From contig OZ243916.1 of assembly GCA_965213675.1 (NCBI GenBank), forward strand, positions 1,536,001 through 1,600,000: DNA of 64,000 nucleotides, written 5' to 3'. The notes beneath the pieces are model-generated. The model did not search any database, was not told the origin of the DNA, and saw only the letters and a program-made list of their open reading frames with translations. The DNA comes from an uncultured Candidatus Binatia bacterium (lineage in GTDB: Bacteria; Desulfobacterota; Binatia; UBA9968; JAJDTQ01). A program made the position numbers and the translations under genes. How positions within the stretch are numbered: the stretch's first letter is position 1; each line of letters begins with the position of its first letter. Positions 1 through 12,000 of the stretch are shown piece by piece.

Positions 1-3000
1 GCTGCCGAGGGCGATGGCGTAGGTCTCGCCGCTGCCTTCGCCGATGCCGTCGGCGATGGAGGCGAGTTCCAGGGTCGCGGTCTGCGCCCCGGCGCCGGAG
101 AAGCGCACCGTCGGGGTGGCGCTGTTCGTGTCCAGCAACGTGATGCCGGTGTTTGCGCCGGCCTTCTTCGCCATGCTCCAGTCGCCGGTGTTGACCCCGG
201 TGCCGCCGATGGGCAGGGGCACGTCGATCGTTTCGCCGGTCACCAGCGCACGGCCCAGGGTCACGGTGAACTCGACCATGCCGCCTTCGTTGATGGCACC
301 GCTGCCGGTGCGGGCGAGGCTGACCAGGGTGGGATCGTCGTCGCGGATGGTGACGTCCATGGTGGCCGGACTGATGCCGAGCCCCGCCACCGGCGTCGGC
401 AGGGTGATGGTGGCGCTGTAGGTCTCGTCGGGCTCGTCCACGGTATCGACGACGGACTTGAACGACACCGACTCGGTGGTGTCGCTGGCGGCGATGGTGA
501 AATCGGCGTTGCCGCCTGCGCCGGTGCAGCGGTCGGCGGCGGTAATGACGCCCTGGTAGTCGCTGCCCAGCGTGGCCGTGCCGTCGGTTAGGCAGACGCG
601 GAAGGTCAGGGCGGCGGTGTCCGCTGAAGACAGCGCGACGTTCACCGTCCCGGCGGCGGCAGTCTCGGTGGTGGTCAGGGTTGTGGCCGCCCAGCCGACG
701 GTGCGCACGTTGAGGCCGGCGTCCTTGAGCGTGATGCGGCCGTTGCCGGTGCGCCCGCCCGCGGCGCCGCCGTCGAGGTTGGTGGCGGTCAGGCGTGGGG
801 TGCCGGCGGACGAACTGGTCGGGATGGACACCGTGACGATGTCGTCGCCGGCGTTGTCGTCCACCGCCGCGGTCAGCAGCACGCTGGCCACGGTAGCGCT
901 CGTGGTCGGCCCGGCGAAGGTCAGCTCGCCGGTGGCGCTGTCGAAGGTCACGCCCGCGGGGGTCCCCGACAGGGCGAGGTTGAAGTCGGTGCCCAGGGTG
1001 CCGCCGGAGAATTGCAGCGGCACGATCAGGCTTTCGCTGCCTTCGAGCCCGCGCCCGAGCGTGATGCGAATCTCGGCGGTGTCGTTGGCGTCCGCTTCCG
1101 CCGCGTTGGTATCCGGCGTCGTCAGCGTCACGTCGGTGGCGGTGTCGTCGGTGATGTTGATGTCGATGCCGCTGTCGGCGCTGTTGATATAGCCGTCCGG
1201 CGGTGAGCCGAGTTCGATGCGCAGGGTCTCGGTGATTTCGTCGTCGTTGTCGCGGCGCGCCGTCAGGGTGGCGGTGCCGGTGGTGGCGCCGCTGGCGATG
1301 GTGATGTTCGCGGCCAGCGTGTAGTCGCCGGCTTCGGCGGTGGAGGAGGCCGCGAGGCGCTGCACGGGGATTCTGATCAACTGGCCGGACGGCGCTGCCG
1401 AGACTTCCGCCGTCACCGTCAGCGTGCCGCCCTCGGTCACCGCGCCGCTGTTGTTCACCGACAGGCTCACGTTGGGCGGCGGCGGGGTGTCGTCGTCGAT
1501 CAGCGCGATCTGGCCGCTGCCGGTGCGGGCGCCGCGCACGCCGCCGTCGAGGCCGCTGGCGGTCAGGCCCGGATTACCGTTGGTGGAGGCAGGGATGCTC
1601 ACCGTGACGCGTTCGTGGTTGGCGTCCTGATCGTTGCTCACCGTCAGGGTCAAGGTGACGCTGGTGGCGGTCACCCCGGCGGCGGGGCCGGTGAAAGTCA
1701 CCGCGGCGTTGGCATTGCCGAGATCGGCACAGGCGATGCCGGTGGGCAACGGGCTCGGGCAGGCAAGCGTGAAGTCGGTGCCGGGGACGCCGCCTGAGAA
1801 GCGCAGGGGAACCTTGAGGCTCTCGCCAGAAGCGAGTCCGCGATTGAGCGTCAGGGAGATGCTCGCGGTGTCGCTGCTGTCGCCTTCCATGGCGCTTGCA
1901 TCGGGGGTCTCGAGGGTCACCGAGCTGCGGTCGTTGTCGATGATGGTGACTTCGGCGACGTTCGGCGTGCCGGGGTCGTAGCCGGCGCTTTCGCCACCAC
2001 CGGTCACCCGGGCCCGAATCGCCCCGCTCGGCTCATCGACGCTGTCGCCGTTGGTGAGAATGGGCAGCGTTGCCGTGGTCCTGCCCGCGGCCATCGTGAG
2101 GTCATAGGGGACTTCGAGGGTGGCAGACAGGAAGTCCGAGTCCGGCGCGTCGCTCAAGGTCACCTGCACAGAGATTCTCTTTGCCGGCGCCCTGTTCATC
2201 GTGATAGTGAAGTTCGCGAAGCCGCCCTCGGCGACGGTATTGTTCGAGCTCGGCGTGATGGAGGCCTGGGGCAGACCCAGCTTGTCGTCGTCGAGAATGG
2301 TGAACGCCCGGGAACCGCTGACGCTCATGCCGCCGCCGAGCCCGGAGATGTCCGCGCTCTGGATTTCGGAAAGAGAGACGGAAACCGATTCGCCGGTACC
2401 CTCGTGCCGGCTGTCGTCCTCGGCATTGAGAATTACGGTGGCCGACGCCGCGCTCGAGCCGGTGAAGGTTACCGTGGGGGTGGCGCCTTCCAACGCATAG
2501 CTCACGCCGGATGGCGCGGCGCTGGGTGCAGCCAGGATGAAGTCGGTGCCGAGACTCGCCTTGCCGCTGAAAGCCAGCTTGAGCGCCACGCTCTCCCCCG
2601 CCACCAGCGCCCGGTTCAGCGTCAGGGTGAGCGTCTTGCTGCCGCCGTCCTCGGCGATGTTGCCGGCGGGGGCGGCGAGGGTCGCGCTGCCGCGGTCGTT
2701 GTCGTCCACGATGCGGGTGGCGCTGCCGGCCGTGGCGCTCACCGTGTAGTCGGCGTGGTTGGACAGGGTGACGGTGACCGTGCCGGCGGGTTCGTCAATG
2801 CTGTCCGCAAGGGTGGCCACGCTGATGCTTGCGGCGCCGGGCGTGGCGCCGCCGGCGGGAACGGTCAGGGTCTTCGCGCCGAGGTCGCCGCTGGCGACAT
2901 AGCCGCCGGTGGCGCTGACGTTGTAGTGGAGCGTCACGTCGGAAGTGATGTCGGGCGCGCTGAAATCGAAGGTCACGGCCTGGCCTTCCGTCCGGTTCCC

Positions 3001-6000
3001 ACCGGTGCCCGCCTGCACGCTCGCCGTCGGGCGAAACTCGTCATCGCCCACGAACAGGGTGACGCTGGGCGCGCTGGAGACGCCGGTGTAGCCGCTGACC
3101 TGGTGAGAGATCGTGACGTTCTCGTGGTTCCCGTCGTCGTCCTGCACCGCGGTCACGGTCACCGATCTCGGCGCGTCCCAGTTGCTGGAGTTGAAGCTGA
3201 CTGCGCCGGACACCGTCGCGGCGCCGGTGTCGCTCGAGGCCGGCGTCACCGTGACCGCGCCGCCCGGATCGCTGGCGAGTTCCACGTAGTAGGTGGCCGT
3301 GCCGCCTTCACTCGCCGCAAGATTGATCGGCGAGACGATGACGGCGTCGGCCGGAGTCACGCGCACCGACACTGACGGGACCGACACGCGCCAGAAGCTC
3401 GAATTCGGATTCGATGCGGCGATCCTGTGGTTCAGCGTCACGCTGCCGGCCGCCACGCCCTGCACGGTCACCTGTTGCGTGAGGCCGCGGCCGGGCCCGA
3501 AGGTCACGGGGCTGGGGCTCACGGTAATGCGGCCGCCGAGGCCCGTCGGCGTGACGGTCACGTTCGACGTGGGTTCGGTCGTGGAGGTGAGTGTGTAGCT
3601 GGTACTGGTGCCTTCCTTGACGGTCAGGCTGGTGGGCGAGACCAGAATGCGGCTGCCGGCGTCCTGGACGGTGACGGCCACCACGGGGCCCTGGTTGACG
3701 CCGGAATAGCCACTCACCGCGTGGGTGATGGTGGCGCTTTCGGAAGTGGTGTTGCTGTCCGTGTTGGCGGTGACGGTGACTCGCTGGGGAACGCGGAAAT
3801 TGCTGCTGTTGAAACTCAGCGCGGCGGACAGCGCGATGGCGCTGCTCGTCGTTTGCGGGGTGACGGTGACCGCTGCGCCCGGGTCGGTGTTCAGCCACAC
3901 ATCGTAGGTGCCCGCCGCGCCGTGCTCGACGGCGGTGATCGCCAGCGCCGACACCCGCACCCGGGCGGTGCCCGTCACGGTCACGTCCACCGGGGAAGGG
4001 GTGACGGCGGCGTAGGCGGTATCGGTGCTGGAGACGCTATGACTGATGCGCGCCTGGCCGCCGTTGACGCCGGAGACCTGAATGCTCTTGGCCGAGCTCC
4101 ACTCGGCCGGGGCGAAGGTCACGGCGTTGCCCACCGTGGCCGTTACCGTATCGCCCGAGGTTGGCGTGATGGTGACGCTCGCCGAGGGGCGGCTGTTCAG
4201 CCGGACGCTGTAGCTGCCGTTGGCGCCTTCGTTGACGCTGAGCGCGGTCGGGTTCACGGTCACGCCGGCGCCGCCGTCGATGATGGACACCGTGACACTC
4301 GGTGCCGTGGTAACCGAACCGTAGCCGCTCACGGTGTGGGTGACGGTGACGTCGTCATCGGTGAGGTCAGCGTCGGCCAGACTGGTCAGGTTCACGGGCT
4401 GCCAGTTGCTCCAGTTGCCGGTGTTGAAGCTCAGCGCGCCCGGCACGGTAAGGCGAGTGGAATCGCCGGACTGCGGCGTCACCGTGACCGTGCCCGAACC
4501 CGGGTTGGTATGCAGCTTCACGCGGTAGCTGACGGTGGCGCCCTCATTCACCGACAGGCTGTCCATGTCCACGTCCACTGCCGGTTGGGCGCCTGCATCA
4601 GTGAGCTGGATAGAGCCGCTGCCCGTGCCGCCGGCGCCGCCGTCGAGGCCCGTGGGCGCGATGGTGCCAAGCCGCACGTTCACGCTGCCGTCGGTTTCGT
4701 CCGTGTCTGCCAGTGCCGACACCAAGATGGTGGCCGCGCTCGACGCCCCGGCGCCGCCGTTGAAGGTGACCGTGGGCGGGCTGGCGGCCAGGTCATAGGC
4801 AACGCCGCTCGGGAGCGGGCTCGGGGGGCTGAGGCTGAACTCGCGGCCGATGCGTCCTCCGCGGAAGCTGAGCGCAGCGCTGACCGATTCGCCGGAGACC
4901 AGGGCGCGCGGCAGTGCGAGGCGGACAGTCGCCGTATCGCTGGCGCTGCTCTCGGTGGCGGTGCTGTCGGGCAGCGACAGCGTCACCGTGGTGCGGTCGT
5001 TGTCGCTGACCCGCACCGTATCGCTGGCGGCGGACTGCGCGGGGGTGTAGCCGGTGCCGCTCGCTACGGTGACCGTCACCTCGCCGCGAGGCTCGTCGTT
5101 GCTGTCGTTCACCGTCGCAACCTCGTAGGTCTTCGTCGTCGTGTGCGCCGGGATTTGCACGGTCTGGTTGCCCTGGTTACCGGAGGCGACGAAGTCCGCC
5201 ACACTGTCGTCGGTGACGTTCAGATTGATCGTGAGGGCCTGTTGCGGCGCGGGGCTCGCCTTGAGCATGAACACCGCATTGCTGCCTTCGGCGACCCGGT
5301 TGCCGCCCTCGATGCGAATGACCGGGGTGCCATCGTCGTCGGTGATGTCGAAGGTCGCGCTGCCGGAGCCGCTGGCACCGCCCGCGAGCCCCGTGCCGCT
5401 GGCGGTGGGACTGCCGAGACCGATGGTGACCGACTCCGCCTCGCCCTCGTCGACAAGGTCGGATGTGGCGGATAGGGTGAAGGTCGCCCTGCGCGGCGCG
5501 CCGTTGCTACCGTTGAAGGTGATGCGCGGCGCGTTGCCGGATAGCGCGTAGGTGACGCCGGCCGGTGGCGATGCCGGTTGCCCCAGGCTGTAGTCGCTCG
5601 CGCCGGCCGCACCGGATAGCGTGATCGGCACCGCCAGCACCTCGCCGCTGACCAGTGCCCGGCCGAGGGTCAGGGTGACGCGCTTGACGCCGCCGGTCTC
5701 GGGTATGGCGCTGCTCGATGCCGAGAGGGCAACGCCCGTGGGATCGTTGTCTTCGACCTCCAGGGAGGCGACGCCGGCGCTCGTGGATACCGTGTAGCCC
5801 GTACCGGATGCGAGCGAAACCGTCAGCGAACCCTTGGCCTCGTCCATGCTATCGGCCGTGGTGGCGATGCGGTGGATCACCGAACTCTGACCGGCGGGGA
5901 TGGTAACGGTCTTGCCCGAACCGACGGCGGCGGATGCGACGAACTCGCCCTGCTGGGACAGGGTGTAGGTCACCCGCAGGCCGCTCGATGGCGCGGCCTG

Positions 6001-9000
6001 AGTCGAATCAATGGTGAAGGCGGCGTTCCCACCCTCGGTGACGCCGCTGCCGGCGGTGATGCTCAACTCCGGCACCGCGGCGGCGCTGTCGTCGTCGACG
6101 ATCCGGAAACTCGCCACCGAGCCGCCGCCGGCAACGCCGCCGAGACCGGTCTGGGCAGTCGTGCCGCGGCTGACGGTAATGGTCTCGCCGGCGGCCTCCA
6201 CGGTCGTGTCCTGGGTGGCCGTCAAGGTCAGGGTTGCCACCCGGGATGCCCCGGTGCCGCCGGTGAAGACGACGGTCGGCGGACTGGCGCTCAGGTTGCT
6301 GCTGCCCAGATTGCTGAAACTGACGCCGCTGGGCAGCGGGGAGGGTGCGGCGAGCGTGTAATCGGCGCCAAACGTAGCCGTGCCGCCGAAGGTGAGCCGC
6401 TGGGTCAGGGTCTCGCCGCTGACCAGCGCGCGCCCGAGCGTCAGCTTGATTTCCTTGGCGCCGGAGGCTTCGGAGATGTTGCCCGCGGCAGCGGACAGGG
6501 TAACGTCGGTATTGTCGTTGTCGGCCACCGCCACCGACGCGCTGGCGCTTGAACCCGAGACCTGGTAGCCGCTGCCTGGATCGACGTTGACTGTCACCGA
6601 GCCGGCGGCTTCGTCCTGGCTGTCCGGGGCGGTGGGCACGTTATAGGTCGCCATGCCGCTGCCCGCGTTGATGGTGACCTGTTTCATGCCGCGATCGCCG
6701 GAAGCGACGTAGTCGCCCATCTGCCCCACGTTCAGGTTGACGGTCAGGTTATTGGCGTCGGCAGCGAGCGCGGGGCTGACGCTGACGGTAAAGCTCGCCG
6801 GCGTGCCTTCGGTGACGCCCGAATCGGGAGCGATGCTGACGGTGGGTTGGGTGTCCCCGTCGTCGTCGACGATCCGGAAGGTTGCCGGCGTGGCGCCAGC
6901 GCTCGATGCCCCGCCCCCGAGCCCGGTGCTGGTGGGCGTGCCGAGGGTGACGATCACCGTTTCGTCGTCGTCATCCACCAGGTCCGACACGGCACGGACA
7001 GTGACCGTCGCGAGGACGGAGCTGTTCGGCCCGCCGGTGAACACCACAGTGGGCGACGCGGTGGCGAGCCCTTCGTACCGGATGCCGGATGAACCCGCGA
7101 GCGGGTGCAGCCGATAGTCCGTCCCGAGGCTCGCCGTTCCACCCAGGCTGAGCGGCGCCGACACCGATTCTCCCGCCACCAGTGAGCGATCCAGTTGCAC
7201 GATGAACGTCTGGCCGCCTCCGGTTTCCGCGATACGCGTGCTTCCGGTACTCAGCTTGACCGTGGTGAGGTCGTTGTCTGTGACGGGAACCGTGGCGCTG
7301 CTGTCGCCGCCAAGGCTGTAGCCGGCGCCCGGTTGCAGCGTCAGGATGAAGCTGCCGTCCGGCTCGTCGGTGGTGTCCTGCGTGGTCGGAATGAGGACGA
7401 GGGCGCTACCAGTGTCCGTCGTGGAGATCGTGACGGAGGTCGGAAGCGCGCCAGTGGCGAAATCGCCGTTCTGCTCTACCGTGAACGACACCACAAGGTC
7501 GCTCGCGGGGGCCGGGCTCGCATTGATCGTGAAGCTGGCATCTACGCCCTCGGTGACTCCATTGGCGTTGGCGTTGCTTTCCACCGTGATCACCGGTGGC
7601 GCCGCGGCAAAGACGTTGACAGCCAGGTCGCCCGGCAGCGTAGCGCTAGCGTAGCCGCTGTCGGTGGTGGTGGCATGGGCGTGGCTGATGCTCGCCGCGC
7701 CCGCGGCGACGCCGGTGACCGTGACCGCCACGCCGCTTTGCCAGTTCGCCGACGGGATGGTGACCGAGCTCGGCACGGTGGCGATGGTGGTATCACCGCT
7801 CGTCAGGTCCAGCACCACGTTGCCGGCCGGCTGGCTGGTAAGCCGGATCCTATAGTCCACCGACTGGCCCGCCACGACATCCACCCGCGCCGCTGAGACC
7901 AGGAATCCGGCGCCGGCCTCGGTCACGCTCACGGAGACGTTCGATACCGAGGTCACCCCGGCGTAGCCGCTGATCGTGTGGCTGAGGGTCACGTTGTCGG
8001 CGGCGGTGTCGGCGTCCTCGGCGGCCGCCACGGTGACGCGCTGCCAGGTGCTCCAGTTGCCGTCGGCGCCGCCGGTGAAGCTGAGGCTGGTCGGCGAGAT
8101 GGTCACATCGGGGTTGTCCGACGCCGGGGTGATTTCCACCGTCGCGCCGGAGCCCGGGTCGGTGCCCAGCGCCATGCGGTAGGTCCTGCTGCCGCCCTCG
8201 GCGATGGTCAGGCTGGTCGGTTGTACTTCCACCCTGCCCCTGCCGCTCTCCCCCGTGTCGGTGACGACGACGAGCGCACTGCCGGAACCCACTACGCCGC
8301 CGCCAAGGCCGGTTGCGGTCATGCGCGGCGAACCGCTGGTTGAGCCGGGAATGGAGAATCTCACTGTCTCGCTGTTCTTATCCCCATCGGCATTCGCCTG
8401 GTAGGTCACCGTGGCGGTGAGCGCCGCACTGGTGCCGCCGGTGAAGGTCAGGTCGCGATTGTTGCTGAGGGCGATTCCCGTGGCCGTCGTCAGTGCCAGC
8501 GTGTATTGGGTGTCGGACGCCCCGTCTGCCCGCAAGGGCACCTGCAACGACTCGCCGCTGACCAGGGCCCGGCCGAGGGTCACGGTGAAGGCGCCGGTCT
8601 CGGTGGTGCTGCCCTCGGTGGCGGTGGTGTCCGAGGAGGCCAGGGTGACGGTTGTGGAATCGTCGTCGGTGACGGTCACCGAGGCGCTGCCGGCGCTCGA
8701 AGAAACCGAATAGCCCGTGCCGCTGGCCAGGGTGAGCGTGACCGCGCCGTTGGCTTCGTCGACGCCGTCGCTCAAGGTGGGCACCGAGTAAGTTGCCGAG
8801 GTCTCACCTGCGGGAATCACGACGGACTTGCCCGCGCCGAGTTCGGCGCCGGCGACGAAGCTGCCGCTCTGGGCCGCCGACAGATTCACGCGCAGGCTGC
8901 GGGTGGAGGTGGCGGAGCTGCGCACCGTGAACTGCGCCGCCATGCCTTCCACGGCGGCGGCGCCCGCGGTGACCCGGATCTCGGGTGAGCCGGTGCCGTC

Positions 9001-12000
9001 GGTGATGGCAAAGCTGCCGCTGCCCGTGCCCCGGGCGCCGCCGTGCAGGTTGCTGCCGGTGCTGGCGTTAAGCGTGCCGAGGCCCACCGACAGCGACTCG
9101 TTGGTCTCCACCAGGGTGTCGCTGGTCGCCCGCAGGATGACGGTCGCCGACGTGGCGCCGCCGCCCGACTGGCCGCTGAAGGTGACCGTCGGCGGGCTGG
9201 TGGCCGGGTTGCTGCTCGTGAGATTCGAATAGCTGACGCCCGCTGGCCTGGAGTTGGGTTCCGCCAGGGTGTAGTCGGTGCCGAAGGCCGCATTGCCGGC
9301 AAAGCCGAGGGGCACCGGCAGGGACTCGTTGCTCACCAAGGCGCGGGGCAGGGTCAGGGTGAGGGTCTTGGTGCCACCCGTCTCCGAAATGTTGCCGGAC
9401 GGGACGGTCAGCGTCACGAGGGTCGCATCGTCGTCGTTGACCGTGACGAGGGCGGCGTTCTGCGTGCCGTGGTTGGTATAGCCAGTGCCTGTCACAAGGG
9501 TGGGGCCAACCCGGGCGGAAGGCTCGTCGGTGACGTCGCTTGTCGTCGTCATGGTGTAGCTGAGGCTGGTCTCGCCGGCTTCGAGCACGAGTTCCTTCTG
9601 ACCCTGGTCAGCCGCAGCAAGGAAGTCGCCGCCGTCGTTGAGGTTGAGCGTAATGGTCAGGTCGCTGTCCGACGGGCGGTTCGCGCTGATCGAGTAGGTC
9701 ACCTGCTCGCCTTCGGTGATGGCGCCGCTGCCGCCCTGGCGGGTCAGGCTGATTACGGGTTCGTCGTCATCGTCGTTGATGTTGAAGCTGACCGAGCCGC
9801 TGCCCGAAGCGCCGGCGTCGAGGCCGGTGCCGGAGTTGGCGTCGAGATTCGGCAACGCGATGGTCACCGACTCCGACGTTCCCTCGTCGCGGTTGTCCGG
9901 GGTGGCGCGCAGGATGAGCGTTGTCGAGGCCGCGGTGGCGCCGCTCGTCGGACCGGTGAAGACGATGGTCGGCGGACTGTTGACCGGGTCGGTGCTGCCT
10001 AGGTTCGCGTAGGTGACGCCGGTCGGTATCGGGCTCGGCGCACTCAGGCTGTAGTCGGTACCGAGCGTGGCGGTGCCGCCCAGGGTGAGCGGCAGGCGCA
10101 GCGTCTCGCCGTTCACGAGTCCGCGGTCGATGCCCACGGAGACGGTTTTCGAGCCGCTGGTCTCGGAGATCGCGCTGCCGGAGCCGGACAGGGTCACGCC
10201 GGTGGCGTCGTCGTCAGTCAACGCCACACTGGCGGACCCGGCGCCACTGGCGATTTGATAGCCGGTGCCGTCGGTGAGCGTGATGGTCAGGGAGCCACTG
10301 GGCTCGTCGTTCGAGTCCGCAATGGTGGCGACGGTGTGAGTAACGGAACTCGTCCCCGAGGCGACGCTGAGGGTCTTGTTGCCGATGGCGCTTGCGTTGA
10401 CGAAGGCGCCGGTCTGGCTCACCGAGAAGCCGATGGTCAGGTCCTGCGCGGCGCTACCGTCGACGCTGATGGTGAAGGCCGCCGCATCCCCCTCGGTGAG
10501 TGCGGACGACGGCCCCTGAATGCTGACTTCCGGTTCGGCGTCGTCGTCGTCGATGGTGACGGTGGCGCTGCCCGAGCCCGAAACGCCGCCGTCGAGGCCG
10601 GTGCCCGAATTGGCATCGAGCGCCGGCAGGGTGAAGCTGACGGTTTCGCCCGCCCCCTCGTCGAAGGCATCCTGCACCGCGGTCAGCGTCAGGGTGGCGC
10701 TGCTGGCGCTCTCGCCGCTGTTGGGGCCGGTGAAGGTGATCGTGGGGGTGGCGTTACCGGCGTCGTAAGTTACGCCGGCGGGCAGGGTGGCGGGTTCGGC
10801 GATGGTGTAATCCGTATCCCGCACCGCGGTGCCGCCGATGGTGAGGGGCAGGCTCAGGGCTTCGCCGGCCACGAGCCCGCGCCCGAGGGTCACGGTGATG
10901 GGCGTTTCGCCCGCGGCTTCGGCGATGTTCCCCGCCCCCGAGGCAAGGGCCACGGTGGTGGCGTCGGTGTCGCGGATGACCACCTGCCCCGATGCGGCGG
11001 CCGAATCGACGCTGTAGTTCGATGACGCCCCGAGGGCAATGCGCACCGAGCCGCTGGGATCGTCGCTGGCGAGTTCATCGGTGGTGATGTCGTAATCCAG
11101 CGTGGTCTGGCCGGCGGGCAGGGTGACGGTCTTGCCCCCGGTGTCGCCGACCGCCACGTAGGCGCCGGTGCGGCTCACCGTCAGCCCGACGTCGATGTCC
11201 GTCTGGGACGCGTTGCTGGCGGTGATGGTGAAGCCCGCGGTATTGCCTTCGGTGACTTCGGCGGTGTCGGCGGCGATACCGATTTCGGGTTTGTCATTCG
11301 CCGAAATGGTGATGTCCACGGAGGACGTCTGCGCGGACCCCGGCGGGCGGATGCCGAAAGGCATCTCGCCGAGGGCGATGGTGAAGGTCTCGTCGTCCTC
11401 GAAGAAGCTGTCGTCGGCGACCGCCACGGTGACGGTGGCGCTGCGTTGATTGGCGAGAATGCGCGCCGTGCCCACCGCCGTGTAGTCGGCGTCCGCCGCG
11501 CTGCCGTTGGTGTAGATCAGCGGGATGATCTTGGCGCTGGTGGGCGCGGTGCCGCCCTCAAGGCTGACCCGCACCCGGAGACTGCCGCCTTCGGCAACGG
11601 TCGTCGGGGAGACCGACAGCGTGGCCCGGGGTTCGGTGCTCACCGTCGTCGATGGCTGCGCCTGGGCGGTCAGTTCGATGGAGAGATTGCGATACGACTC
11701 GTCTTCCAGTGCTGTGAATTGTCCGTCGACAAACTCGTCGTAGTTCACGCTGGTGGTGTGGACCAGCGTGGTTGTGCCGTCATTGCCGCCATGCTCGATG
11801 CTCACCCACTGCGGCACATTCCAGTTGTTGGTATTGAATTCGAGGCCGGGAAACTGCCCGACTGGATGCGGCCTGACGGTGTTGAGACTCTGGGAGGAGA
11901 TCCGGACGTCGACTTCGGTGTAGCGCTCCTCGTAGTAGCTCCCGAGCTGGTCAACAACCCAGCGCCTTGCCACCGGCTTGGTTTTCAGCCGCACACTGTA